From assembly GCF_032444005.1 (NCBI RefSeq), contig NW_027193546.1, positions 310,001 to 374,000 of the forward strand: DNA of 64,000 nucleotides, given 5' to 3'. The notes under the pieces were generated by a model. The model was given only the letters and a program-made list of their open reading frames with translations. It ran no database searches and was not told the origin of the DNA. The stretch is from Ranitomeya imitator. Taxonomy: Eukaryota. Every line of letters begins with the position of its first letter. Within the stretch, counting starts at the first letter, position 1. Below are positions 49,296-64,000 of this stretch, in pieces. A program made the position numbers and the translations under genes.

Positions 49296-50504
49296 AATTG
49301 TGGTTAAACGGAACAACTGCATTTGGCGTACTAGTTGGTTTGGGGCCTACTATCGGTGTCTGCCACTCCTTGCTGTTCTGCTGGTTTCCTGTCCTGAAAT
49401 TCCGTTTTCAGGCGCTCGTTAAGTAGTTGTTAATGTTAGACTGCATTTGGCCTACTAGTTGGGTTGGGGCCTACTATCGGTGTCTGCCACTCCTTGCTGT
49501 TCTCCTCCACTGAACAAAGCTGTGCCGCCTGTTTACTACTGTTGCCAATTTTGAACTGCATTTCGACTACTTACTGATTTGGGCCTACTCTCTGTGTCAG
49601 CCTCTCATTCCAGTTGTCCTCCACTGCAATGCCCCCTGATTAGTCCTGTGTTACCAATTTTGAACTGCATTTAGCCCACTTTATTCTTTGGGCCTATATC
49701 TGTGTTTCCTCCTCATCCTGCCCATTGCCCAGCCAGTGATAGATGAGTCTGCTGGTACATTGACCCATAACGCAACATTTCCCGTGCACGCTACACTGCA
49801 AGATTGTGACCCTGCTGAAAGTCAGGTCCCCCTTCCCGCATACCATACCACCTTACACGGGGACAAACAGGAAGGTGCAGATGAAAGTGCAGGTTCCTTC
49901 ATCAGGTGGGGGGAGGAATACTAGTTGGCGACGTCACTGGCACAGGGCCTCTCATAGTACGCAAAAGTGTTGCTGCCGGTGGGAGGCGCCCCGCCGTGCA
50001 AACACACCGCTGTACTTTGAGTGGCCCTGTGCCAGTGCCAACGAGTGGGCCCCCCCTGCTTGCTCAGGTTCACAGCACTTGCAAAGTTGAAATACTTACC
50101 TCTCCCTGCTCCACTGCCGTGACGTGGTCCAGATTTCCTGGGCCCACTAAATACTTGAACCAGCCCTACACACCACAACTTTAGCCAAATGAACCCCAAT
50201 TTCAAATGCCTTCCAATTATTATAAGGTAAATTACGCTTGACAAGCTTCATTAAGAAGAATGGATGGTTTTGACATTAAAATGGGCACTCTAGGTGTTTT
50301 CCTGGCCCCCACTCACTGCCGACTATGCTGCCCCATTGACTTGCATTGGGTTTCGTGTTTCGGTCGATCCCGACTTTACGTCATAATCGGCCGATTTCAC
50401 TCGACCCGACTTTTGAGATAGTCGGGTTTCGCGAAACCCGGCTCGACTCTAAAAAGGTCAAGGTCGCTCAACTCTAGTTGTGAGGACAGAAGAGAACACA
50501 ATTA

Positions 50505-52182
<1,678 letters not shown>

Positions 52183-52684
52183 TTAATGAGCAAAAACTGA
52201 TTCCTGAGCCTCAGGGACTGCACCTTTATATGGAGGAAGAATGGACCAGAGAGAGAACTGCAGAGATGACGCTATCCGGGGCGGGGCTTACAGAATCATT
52301 AGCTCCTCCCTTTCTCTGCTGTTTGGCTAAATACTAAACGGTAGGGAAGTTTGATTTTCCAGCTCATTGCTCAGTTTCTGCAATTATCTTTCCAGCTTCT
52401 AGTATGTCTAATTTCCTTCCCTTATGATTGAGGGTATCCTAAATATTGTCATTACTGTTCCAGATCATGGTGGATCATATCCTCCACAACAGATGATGCC
52501 CCCAGTTACCCTCCACACAGTATGATGCCTCCTACACAGTAAGATACCCACACAGCAGGATGTCCCCACAGTTACTGTGTGGGGGTATAATACCCCCAGT
52601 AACTCCCAAAACAGTATGATGCCCTAAGTCCCCCCCACACACACACACACACACACTTTGATGCACCCACAGTTATCCCCTATA

Positions 52685-53210
52685 CAATGTAACATAGTAA
52701 CATAGTTAGTAAGGCCGAAAAAATACATTTGTCCTTCCAGTTCAGCCTATATTCCATCATAAATTAAATCCCCAGATCTACGTCCTTCTACAGAACCTAA
52801 TAATTGTAGGATACAATATTGTTCTGCTCCAGGAAGACATCCAGGCCTCTCTTGAACCCCTCGACTGAGTTCGCCATCACCACCTCCTCAGGCAAGCAAT
52901 TCCAGATTCTCACTGCCCTAACAGTAAAGAATCCTCTTCTATGTTGGTGGAAAAACCTTCTCTCTTCCAGACCCAAAGAATGCCCCCTTGTGCCCGTCAC
53001 CTTCCTTGGTATAAACAGATCCTCAGCGAGATATTTGTATTGTCCCCTTATATACTTATACATGGTTATTAGATCGCCCCGTCTTTTTTCTAGACTAAAT
53101 AATCCTAATTTCGCTAACCTATCTGGGTATTGTAGTTCTCCCATTCCCTTTATTAATTTTGTTGGCCTCCTTTGTACTCTCTCTAGTTCCATTATATCCT
53201 TCCTGTGGAT
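52685..53210 (-). mobile_element. 5'-truncated CR1 LINE 3' fragment
   Basis: ELERVQRRPTKLIKGM...LGLFSLEKRRGDLITMYKYIRG...TRGHSL.LEERRF...RGFFTVRAVRIWN is the CR1 ORF2 C-terminus; (aacatagt)-type tail. Confidence 0.92.
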
Positions 53211-53624
53211 GTGATACCCCCAGAGCGTCCCAACCTCAGCGTAATGCAATGATAGACATTTGTTCATTTTCTGATGAAGAACTTCCATAAATGGAAATTT
53301 GGAAGGACGAAAGAAGCAAGTGAAATTAGAAGAGATTTCCCATCATTTAATCACCAGATGATGGTACTTCATTTATGCCGTTACCTCATGTACCAATTAC
53401 AACCCAGAAAGACATTTTTATGCATTTTTTTTTTATATAAAATATCATGCTTTAATGCAAAATTACAGGAACCTGCTCATAATTGTAAAGTACAAATTAG
53501 TTTGTTGGTGTTTTTTTTTTAATTCTTTGCTTTAATGTAAAAACTGTACAGGCAGCAAGAGGGTTAAACACCAGTGTAACTGAAAAATAATCCTTACTAC
53601 ATCGCCCTCTATAGTGCCAGAGGC

Positions 53625-54050
53625 ATTTACCTTATACATTCGAGTATAATCTGAGATTTGCAGCCATTTTTTTTAGGCTGAAAGTGCCCCTCTCGTCTTA
53701 TACTGGAGTCATTGTACCAGGGGGTCGGCGGCTGGCACATCATACTCACCTCATACTGGCGCGGTCTCTGCTTCTCAGATAGTCTCTGGCGCCTGCATCT
53801 CTTCCTGTAATGAGTGGTACCACGTGACCACTAAACAAAGTAATGAATACATACGTGGCTCCACTCCCACAGGCGTGGAGCGCATATTCATTACTTTAAT
53901 GAGCGGTACCATGATGAACACAGGAACAAGTTGCCGGCACCAGAGACCATCGGAGAAGCAGGGACTTGCAGAGACGCTGCCAGGAGGGTGAGTATGACGG
54001 GGGAGGGTGAGCCATGCATATTCACCTGTTCCGACGCGTACCCGGGGCGA
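53625..54050. mobile_element. Partial TA-type MITE, inverted homolog of 290-690
   Basis: Terminal motif tatac(a)ttcgagtataa plus shared internal sequence. Confidence 0.65.
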
Positions 54051-54790
54051 GCTTGCTAGTAATAATTTAGCAATTAGCTCCTAGCTCGTCCCTTTCGTCT
54101 GATTGGTTGAGCACAGAACGGTTGGAGATTTTGAATTTTCCACTTATTGTGCTCTTCTTTTCCCGCTTCTCTATTCTTCTCATCTCAGCGTCGCTTAGAT
54201 CTGTTGGTTATTTAGATTTTTACTTCCATTGTAGTTCCGGTTGTTATTTTCCAGCTTGTTATAAAGTAGAATAAAAAATACATTTTAAGGACACTGATCT
54301 ACAGATAACTCATCTGATCCCCGGCAGTCACTCATCATTACACGTGGTGCCCGACTGGTGGCCATTACCGGTCACTGCAGAGCAGGGAGCTGTATGTAAC
54401 CAGACCCCCGGCGGCACCAGCCACAGATAAGATGAGAAAACTCAAATATATGATAATTACAACCTAAAGCCGCAAGACTGCAGAGGCGGCACTAGGACCC
54501 CATTTACGTCTGCGCTGTACAGAAACCGCGCCTCCACCACCAAAGACCCGGGCTGTGCACAGCGCACACTTTACCCTGTCCTTATAAAACGTCAGTCATG
54601 TAATTGATGTCGCACTTTTGGACTTGGTGAGAATAAAGGATGCGCGGAGCGGTAACTGGAATATCGCGGATCACCTACAATATCGGACACAGCAGCCGGC
54701 TATTACCTTTCCTGACCGCGCTCCGTATATGGAGAATACGCGCAGAAGAGAGACCGTTCAGGACTCGGCTCATTTGTGGGAGGATTTGGT

Positions 54791-54806
54791 GGCTCTGAAA
54801 AGAGCC
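54791..54806 (-). terminator. Histone 3' stem-loop of H3
   Basis: Minus strand GGCTCT-TTTC-AGAGCC-ACCAA. Confidence 0.95.
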
Positions 54807-54835
54807 TTTGTGTTGTGGTCGCAGCCGGGGCAGAT

Positions 54836-55483
<648 letters not shown>

Positions 55484-55654
55484 TCAGATCACTCATTTGC
55501 CGCTGCTGGAGCAGCTGATGTATCTGCGTTGAAATGTCCCCGTGTATAGCGCTGTACAGTGCAGCTCCCACATTATCGTCAGATCACACAAACCCCCCAT
55601 CCTGAGACTGCGCCCAGCATCAGTTATATTAAAAACATTACAAGTAGGAAAACC

Positions 55655-58600
55655 GATCATACAGCTCTGCGGGGAGGAGGTGGTGGCACTGATCATACAG
55701 CTCTGCGGGGGAGAAGGTGGTGGCACTGATCATACAGCTCTGCGGGGTGGAGGTGATTTCTCTGATCATACAGCTCTGCAGGGAGGAGTAGGTGGTGGCA
55801 CTGATGATACAGCTCTGCGGGGAGGAGGTGGTGGCACTGATCATACAGCTCTGCGGGGAGGAGGTGGTTGCACTGATCATACAGCTCTGCGGGGAGGAGA
55901 TGGTGGCACTGATCGTACAGCTCTGCGGGGAGGAGGTGGTGGCACTGATCATACAGCTCTGCAGGGAGGAGGTGGTGGCACTGATCATACAGCTCTGCGG
56001 GGAGAAGGTGTTGGCACTGATCATACAGCTCTCCGGGGAGGAGGTGATTTCTCTGATCATACAGCTCTGCAGGGAGGAGGAGGTTATGGCTCTGATCATA
56101 CAGGTCTGAGGGGAGTAGGTGGTGGCTCTGATCATACAGCTCTGCGGGGAGAGGGTGGTGGCACTGATCATACAGCTCTGCGGGGAGGAGGTGATGGCTC
56201 TGATCCTAAAGCTCTGCGGGGAGAATGTGGTGGCTCTGATCATACAGCTCTGCAGGGAGGAGGTGGTGGCACTGATCATACAGCTCTGCGGGGAGGAGGT
56301 GGTGGCACTGATCATACAGCTCTGCGGGGAGGAGGTGGTGGCACTGATCATACAGCTCTGCGGGGAGGAGGTGATTTCTCTGATCATACAGCTCTGCAGG
56401 GAGGAGGTGGTGGCTCTGATCATACAGCTCTGCGGGGAGGAGGTGGTGGCTCTGATCATACAGCTCTGCGGGGAGGAGGTGGTGGCACTGATCATACAGC
56501 TCTGCGGGGAGGAGGTTGTGGCACTGATCATACAGCTGTGCGGGGAGGAGGTAATTTCTCTGATCATACAGCTCTGCAGGGAGGAGGTGGTGGCTCTGAT
56601 CATACAGCTCTGCGGGGAGGAGGTGGTGGCTCTGATCATACAGCTCTGCGGGGAGGAGGAGGTGGCACTGATCATACAGCTCTGCGGGGAGGAGGTGGTG
56701 GCACTGATCATACAGCTCTGCGGGGAGGAGGTGGTGGCACTGATCATACAGCTCTGCGGGGAGGAGGTGGTGGCACTGATCATACAGCTCTGCGGGGAGG
56801 AGGAGGTGGCTCTGATCATACAGCTCTGCGGGGAGGAGGAGGTGGCACTGATCATACAGCTCTGCGGGGAGGAGGTGGTGGCACTGATCATACAGCTCTG
56901 CGGGGAGGAGGTGGTGGCACTGATCATACAGCTCTGCGGGGAGGAGGTGGTGGCACTGATTATACAGCTCTGCGGGGAGAGGGTGGTGGCTCTGATCATA
57001 CAGCTCTGCGGGGAGGAGGTGGTGGCTCTGATCATACAGTTCTGCGGGGTGGAGGTGATTTCTCTGATCATACAGCTCTGCAGGGAGTAGTAGGTGGTGG
57101 CACTGATGATACAGCTCTGCGGGGAGGAGGTGGTGGCACTGATCATACAGCTCTGCGGGGTGGAGGTGATTTCTCTGATCATACAGCTCTGCGGGGAGGA
57201 GGAGGTGGCACTGATCATACAGCTCTGCGGGGAGGAGGTGGTGGCACTGATCATACAGCTCTGCGGGGAGGAGGTGGTGGCTCTGATCATGCTGCTCTGC
57301 GGGGAGGAGGTGGTGGTACTGATCATACAGCTGTGCGGGGAGGAGGTGATTTCTCTGATCATACAGCTCTGCAGGGAGGAGGTGGTGGCTCTGATCATAC
57401 AGCTCTGCGGGGAGGAGGTGGTGGCACTGATCATACAGCTCTGCGGGGAGGAGGTGGTGGCACTGATCATACAGCTCTGCGGGGAGGAGGTGGTGGCACT
57501 GATTATACAGCTCTGCGGGGAGAGGGTGGTGGCACTGATCATACAGCTCTGCGGGGAGGAGGTGGTGGCTCTGATCATACAGCTCTGCGGGGAGGAGGTG
57601 GTGGCTCTGATCATACAGCTCTGCGGGGTGGAGGTGATTTCTCTGATCATACAGCTCTGCGGGGTGGAGGTGGTGGCACTGATTATACAGCTCTGCGGGG
57701 AGGAAGTGGTGGCTCTGATCATACAGCTCTGCGGGGGAGAAGGTGGTGGCACTGATCATACAGCTCTGCGGGGTGGAGGTGATTTCTCTGATCATACAGC
57801 TCTGCAGGGAGGAGTAGGTGGTGGCACTGATGATACAGCTCTGCGGGGAGGAGGTGGTGGCACTGATCATACAGCTCTGCGGGGTGGAGGTGATTTCTCT
57901 GATCATACAGCTCTGCGGGGAGGAGGAGGTGGCACTGATCATACAGCTCTGCGGGGAGGAGGTGGTGGCACTGATCATACAGCTCTGCGGGGAGGAGGTG
58001 GTGGCACTGATCATACAGCTCTGCGGGGAGGAGGTGGTGGCACTGATTATACAGCTCTGCGGGGAGAGGGTGGTGGCTCTGATCATACAGCTCTGCGGGG
58101 AGGAGGTGGTGGCTCTGATCATACAGCTCTGCGGGGTGGAGGTGATTTCTCTGATCATACAGCTCTGCGGGGTGGAGGTGGTGGCACTGATTATACAGCT
58201 CTGCGGGGAGGAAGTGGTGGCTCTGATCATACAGCTCTGCGGGGGAGAAGGTGGTGGCACTGATCATACAGCTCTGCGGGGTGGAGGTGGTGGCACTGAT
58301 CATACAGCTCTGCGGGGAGGAGGTGATTTCTCTGATCATACAGCTCTGCAGGGAGGAGTAGGTGGTGGCACTGATGATACAGCTCTGCGGGGAGGAGGTG
58401 GTGGCACTGATCACACAGCTCTGCGGGGTGGAGGTGATTTCTCTGATCATACAGCTCTGCAGGGAGGAGTAGGTGGTGGCACTGATGATACAGCTCTGCG
58501 GGGAGGAGGTGGTGGCACTGATCATACAGCTCTGCGGGGAGGAGGTGGTGGCACTGATCATACAGCTCTGCGGGGAGGAGGAGGTGGCACTGATCATACA

Positions 58601-61600
58601 GCTCTGCGGGGAGGAGGTGGTGGCACTGATCATACAGCTGTGCGGGGAGGAGGTGATTTCTCTGATCATACAGCTCTGCAGGGAGGAGGTGGTGGCACTG
58701 ATCATACAGCTCTGCGGGGTGGAGGTGGTGGCACTGATCATACAGCTCTGCGGGGAGGAGGTGATTTCTCTGATCATACAGCTCTGCAGGGAGGAGTAGG
58801 TGGTGGCACTGATGATACAGCTCTGCGGGGAGGAGGTGGTGGCACTGATCACACAGCTCTGCGGGGTGGAGGTGATTTCTCTGATCATACAGCTCTGCAG
58901 GGAGGAGTAGGTGGTGGCACTGATGATACAGCTCTGCGGGGAGGAGGTGGTGGCACTGATCATACAGCTCTGCGGGGAGGAGGTGGTGGCACTGATCATA
59001 CAGCTCTGCGGGGAGGAGGAGGTGGCACTGATCATACAGCTCTGCGGGGAGGAGGTGGTGGCACTGATCATACAGCTGTGCGGGGAGGAGGTGATTTCTC
59101 TGATCATACAGCTCTGCAGGGAGAAGGTGGTGGCACTGATCATACAGCTCTGCGGGGAGGAGGTGGTGGCACTGATCATACAGCTCTGCGGGGAGGAGGT
59201 GGTGGCACTGATCATACAGCTCTGCGGGGAGGAGGTGGTGGCACTGATCATACAGCTCTGCGGGGAGGAGGTGATTTCTCTGATCATACAGCTCTGCAGG
59301 GAGGAGGTGGTGGCTCTGATCATACATCTCTGCGGGGAGGAGGTGGTGGCACTGATCATACAGCTCTGCGGGGAGGAGGTGGTGGCACTGATCATACAGC
59401 TCTGCGGGGAGGAGGAGGTGGCTCTGATCATACAGCTCTGCGGGGAGGAGGAGGTGGCACTGATCATACAGCTCTGCGGGGAGGAGGAGGTGGCACTGAT
59501 CATACAGCTCTGCGGGGCGGAGATGGTGGCACTGATCATACAGCTCTGCGGGGAGGAGGAGGTGGCACTGATCATACAGCTCTGCGGGGAGGAGGTGGTG
59601 GCACTGATCATACAGCTCTGCGGGGAGGAGGTGGTGGCACTGATCATACAGCTCTGCGGGGAGGAGGAGGTGGCACTGATCATACAGCTCTGCGGGGAGG
59701 AGGTGGTGGCACTGATCATACAGCTCTGCGGGGAGGAGGTGGTGGCACTGATCATGCAGCTCTGCGGGGAGGAAGTGGTGGCACTGATCATACAGCTCTG
59801 CGGGGACGAGGTGGTGGCACTGATCGTACAGCTCTGCGGGGAGGAGGTGGTGGCACTGATCATACAGCTCTGCAGGGAGGAGGTGGTGGCACTGATCATA
59901 CAGCTCTGCGGGGAGAAGGTGTTGGCACTGATCATACAGCTCTCCGGGGAGGAGGTGATTTCTCTGATCATACAGCTCTGCAGGGAGGAGGAGGTTATGG
60001 CTCTGATCATACAGGTCTGAGGGGAGTAGGTGGTGGCTCTGATCATACAGCTCTGCGGGGAGAGGGTGGTGGCACTGATCATACAGCTCTGCGGGGAGGA
60101 GGTGATGGCTCTGATCCTACAGCTCTGCGGGGAGAATGTGGTGGCTCTGATCATACAGCTCTGCGGGGAGAAGGTGGTGGCACTGATCATACGGCTCTCC
60201 GGGGAGGAGGTGATTTCTCTGATCATACAGCTCTGCAGGGAGGAGGTGGTGGCTCTGATCATACAGCTCTGCGGAGAGGAGGTGGTGGCTCTGATCATGC
60301 AGCTCTGCGGGGAGGAGGTGGTGGCACTGATCATACAGCTCTGCGGGGAGGAGGTGGTGGTACTGATCATACAGCTCTGCGGGGAGGAGGTGGTGGCTCT
60401 GATCATACAGCTCTGCGGGGAGGAGGTGGTGGTACTGATCATACAGCTGTGCGGGGAGGAGGTGATTTCTCTGATCAAACAGCTCTGCAGGGAGGAGGTG
60501 GTGTCTCTGATCATACAGCTCTGCGGGGAGGAGGTGGTGGCTCTGATCATACAGCTCTGCGGGGAGGAGGAGGTGGCACTGATCATACAGCTCTGCGGGG
60601 AGGAGGTGGTGGTACTGATCATACAGCTGTGCGGGGAGGAGGTGATTTCTCTGATCATACAGCTCTGCAGGGAGGAGGTGGTGTCTCTGATCATACAGCT
60701 CTGCGGGGAGGAGGTGGTGGCTCTGATCATACAGCTCTGCGGGGAGGAGGAGGTGGCACTGACCATACAGCTCTGCGGGGAGGAGGTGGTGGCACTGATC
60801 ATACAGCTCTGCGGGGAGGAGGAGGTGGCTCTGATCATACAGCTCTGCGGGGAGGAGGTGGTGGCACTGATCATACAGCTCTGCGGGGAGGAGGTGGTGG
60901 CACTGATCATACAGCTCTGCAGGGAGGAGGTGGTGGCACTGATCATACAGCTCTGCGGGGAGGAGGTGGTGGTACTGATCATACAGCTCTGCGGGGAGGA
61001 GGTGGTGGCTCTGATCATACAGCTCTGCGGGGAGGAGGTGGTGGTACTGATCATACAGCTGTGCGGGGAGGAGGTGGTGGCTCTGATCATACAGCTCTGC
61101 GGGGAGGAGGTGGTGGTACTGATCATACAGCTGTGCGGGGAGGAGGTGGTGGCTCTGATCATGCAGCTCTGCGGGGAGGAGGTGGTGGCACTGATCATAC
61201 AGCTCTGCGGGGAGGAGGTGGTGGTACTGATCATACAGCTCTGCGGGGAGGAGGTGGTGGCTCTGATCATACAGCTCTGCGGGGAGGAGGTGGTGGTACT
61301 GATCATACAGCTGTGCGGGGAGGAGGTGATTTCTCTGATCATACAGCTCTGCGGGGAGGAGGAGGTGGCACTGATCATACAGCTCTGCGGGGAGGAGGTG
61401 GTGGCACTGATCATACAGCTCTGCGGGGAGGAGGTGGTGGCACTGATCATACAGCTCTGCGGGGAGGAGGAGGTGGCACTGATCATACAGCTCTGCGGGG
61501 AGGAGGTGGTGGCACTGATCATACAGCTCTGCGGGGAGAATGTGGTGGCTCTGATCATACAGCTCTGCGGGGAGAAGGTGGTGGCACTGATCATACGGCT

Positions 61601-63453
61601 CTCCGGGGAGGAGGTGATTTCTCTGATCATACAGCTCTGCAGGGAGGAGGTGGTGGCTCTGATCATACAGCTCTGCGGAGAGGAGATGGTGGCTCTGATC
61701 ATGCAGCTCTGCGGGGAGGAGGTGGTGGCACTGATCATACAGCTGTGCGGGGAGGAGGTGGTGGCACTGATCATACAGCTCTGCGGGGAGGAGGTGGTGG
61801 TACTGATCATACAGCTGTGCGGGGAGGAGGTGATTTCTCTGATCATACAGCTCTGCAGGGAGGAGGTGGTGGTACTGATCATACAGCTCTGCGGGGGAGA
61901 AGGTGGTGGCACTGATCATACAGCTCTGCGGGGTGGAGGTGATTTCTCTGATCATACAGCTCTGCAGGGAGGAGTAGGTGGTGGCACTGATGATACAGCT
62001 CTGCGGGGAGGAGGTGGTGGCACTGATCATACAGCTCTGCGGGGAGGAGGAGGTGGCACTGATCATACAGCTCTGCGGGGAGGAGGTGGTGGCACTGATC
62101 ATACAGCTCTGCTGGGAGGAGGTGGTGGCACTGATCATACAGCTCTGCGGGGTGGAGGTGATTTATCTGATCATACAGCTCTGCAGGGAGGAGTAGGTGG
62201 TGGCACTGATGATACAGCTCTGCGGGGAGGAGGTGGTGGCACTGATCATACAGCTCTGCGGGGAGGAGGTGGTGGCACTGATCATACAGCTCTGCGGGGA
62301 GGAGGTGGTGGCACTGATCATACAGCTCTGCGGGGAGGAGGTGGTGGCACTGATCGTACAGCTCTGCGGGGAGGAGGTGGTGGCACTGATCATACAGCTC
62401 TGCAGGGAGGAGGTGGTGGCACTGATCATACAGCTCTGCGGGGAGAAGGTGTTGGCACTGATCATACAGCTCTCCGGGGAGGAGGTGATTTCTCTGATCA
62501 TACAGCTCTGCAGGGAGGATGAGGTTATGGCTCTGATCATACAGGTCTGAGGGGAGTAGGTGGTGGCTCTGATCATACAGCTCTGCGGGGAGAGGGTGGT
62601 GGCACTGATCATACAGCTCTGCGGGGAGGAGGTGATGGCTCTGATCCTACAGCTCTGCGGGGAGAATGTGGTGGCTCTGATCATACAGCTCTGCGGGGAG
62701 AAGGTGGTGGCACTGATCATACGGCTCTCCGGGGAGGAGGTGATTTCTCTGATCATACAGCTCTGCAGGGAGGAGGTGGTGGCTCTGATCATACAGCTCT
62801 GCGGAGAGGAGGTGGTGGCTCTGATCATGCAGCTCTGCCGGGAGGAGGTGGTGGCACTTATCATACAGCTGTGCGGGGAGGAGGTGGTGGCACTGATCAT
62901 ACAGCTCTGCGGGGAGGAGGTGGTGGTACTGATCATACAGCTGTGCGGGGAGGAGGTGATTTCTCTGATCATACAGCTCTGCAGGGAGGAGGTGGTGGTA
63001 CTGATCATACAGCTCTGCGGGGGAGAAGGTGGTGGCACTGATCATACAGCTCTGCGGGGTGGAGGTGATTTCTCTGATCATACAGCTCTGCAGGGAGGAG
63101 TAGGTGGTGGCACTGATGATACAGCTCTGCGGGGAGGAGGTGGTGGCACTGATCATACAGCTCTGCGGGGAGGAGGAGGTGGCACTGATCATACAGCTCT
63201 GCGGGGAGGAGGTGGTGGCACTGATCATACAGCTCTGCTGGGAGGAGGTGGTGGCACTGATCATACAGCTCTGCGGGGTGGAGGTGATTTCTCTGATCAT
63301 ACAGCTCTGCAGGGAGGAGTAGGTGGTGGCACTGATGATACAGCTCTGCGGGGAGGAGGTGGTGGCACTGATCATACAGCTCTGCGGGGAGGAGGAGGTG
63401 GCACTGATCATACAGCTCTGCGGGGAGGAGGTGGTGGCTCTGATCATACAGCT
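55655..63453. repeat. 36-bp G-rich minisatellite/satellite, ~7.8 kb (~215 units)
   Basis: Unit ctgatcatacagctctgcggggaggaggtggtggca with recurrent variants and duplicated blocks. Confidence 0.98.
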
Positions 63454-64000
63454 CCACATTCTCGGAACTTCTACATGTGGGCAAAACAGAATTCATTGTC
63501 TTTCCCACATCACACGCAACCCCCCAACGAACCTATCCATTACAGGAAACGGCTGCCCACTCTCCTCAGTCCAATTTCGCTGCCTCGGGGTAATCCTTGA
63601 CACTCATCTCTCCTTCAAACCTCATATCCAAGCCCTTTCCACTTCCTGCCGCCTTCAACTCAAAATATTTTAAGGATCTGTAGATTTCTAAACCAAGAAT
63701 CTGCAAAAACCCTAGTCTATGCCCTCATCATCTCCCGCCTGGACTACTGTAACCTCCTGCTCTGTGGCCTCCCCTCTAACACTCTCGCACCCCTCCTATC
63801 TATTCTAAACTCTCCTGCCCGACTAACCAACCTGTCCCCCGCTATTCCCCGGCCTCTCCCCTCTGTCAATCCCTTCACTGGCTCCCCATTACCCAGAGAC
63901 TCCAGTACAAAAGCCTAACCATGACATACAAAGCCATCCACAAAATGTCTCCTTTATACATCTGTGACCTCCTCTCCCGGTACTTTCCTGCAACCTCCGA
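63452..64000 (+). mobile_element. L2/CR1-clade LINE fragment, inverted near-identical copy of 32767-33714 (runs off the window)
   Basis: Same 5' junction ctccacattctcggaacttctacatgtggg and the same internal lesions. Confidence 0.9.

Larger units (their letters stand above)
36410..50476 (+). mobile_element. Full-length 14,067-bp hAT DNA transposon
   Basis: TIRs TAGGGTTGAGCGA / TAGAGTTGAGCGA, 8-bp TSD GTTGTGAG at 36402-36409 and 50477-50484, subterminal tcgggtttc..gaaacccg palindromes at both ends, intact transposase ORF. Confidence 0.97.

Noticed and set aside
43098-49426. Dozens of ~90-aa ORFs (MGMGCREMVCSTPRC...)
   Set aside because: They arise from the 128-bp satellite units and are not genes.
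55542-63673. Very long ORFs (up to 1397 aa) of GGGGTDHTALRG / VALIIQLCGEEV / SSPQSCMISATT repeats
   Set aside because: They are translations of a 36-bp tandem repeat that lacks stops in several frames on both strands, with no promoter, splice or domain evidence.

Overview
Eukaryotic vertebrate genomic DNA, most likely an anuran (frog); this is inferred from the histone sequences and the repeat families. Left half (about 3.7-24.8 kb): a complete spliced KDM8/JMJD5 gene on the + strand. It has a probable non-coding exon 1 and 8 coding exons giving 423 aa with an intact HxD...H JmjC triad. Its introns are filled with Kolobok/T2-type, Harbinger-type and Tc1/pogo-type elements and a 2.2-kb palindromic insertion with a 21-bp target duplication. 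Next comes an internally deleted Gypsy-type LTR element (tRNA-Ser PBS) whose residual ORF carries a cold-shock-domain-like module. Right half: a replication-dependent histone cluster with H4(+), H2B(+, interrupted by an N gap), H2A(+, bracketed by inverted repeats), a disrupted H4(-) and H3.2(-). The H4(-) gene has been hit by two separate hAT transposons. One is a 14-kb element with an intact 1189-aa transposase and an internal ~6.3-kb 128-bp satellite, inserted between the stop codon and the stem-loop. The other is a 1.35-kb non-autonomous element inside the CDS. A ~7.8-kb 36-bp G-rich satellite lies upstream of H3. The long ORFs in the satellites are artefacts of the repeats.
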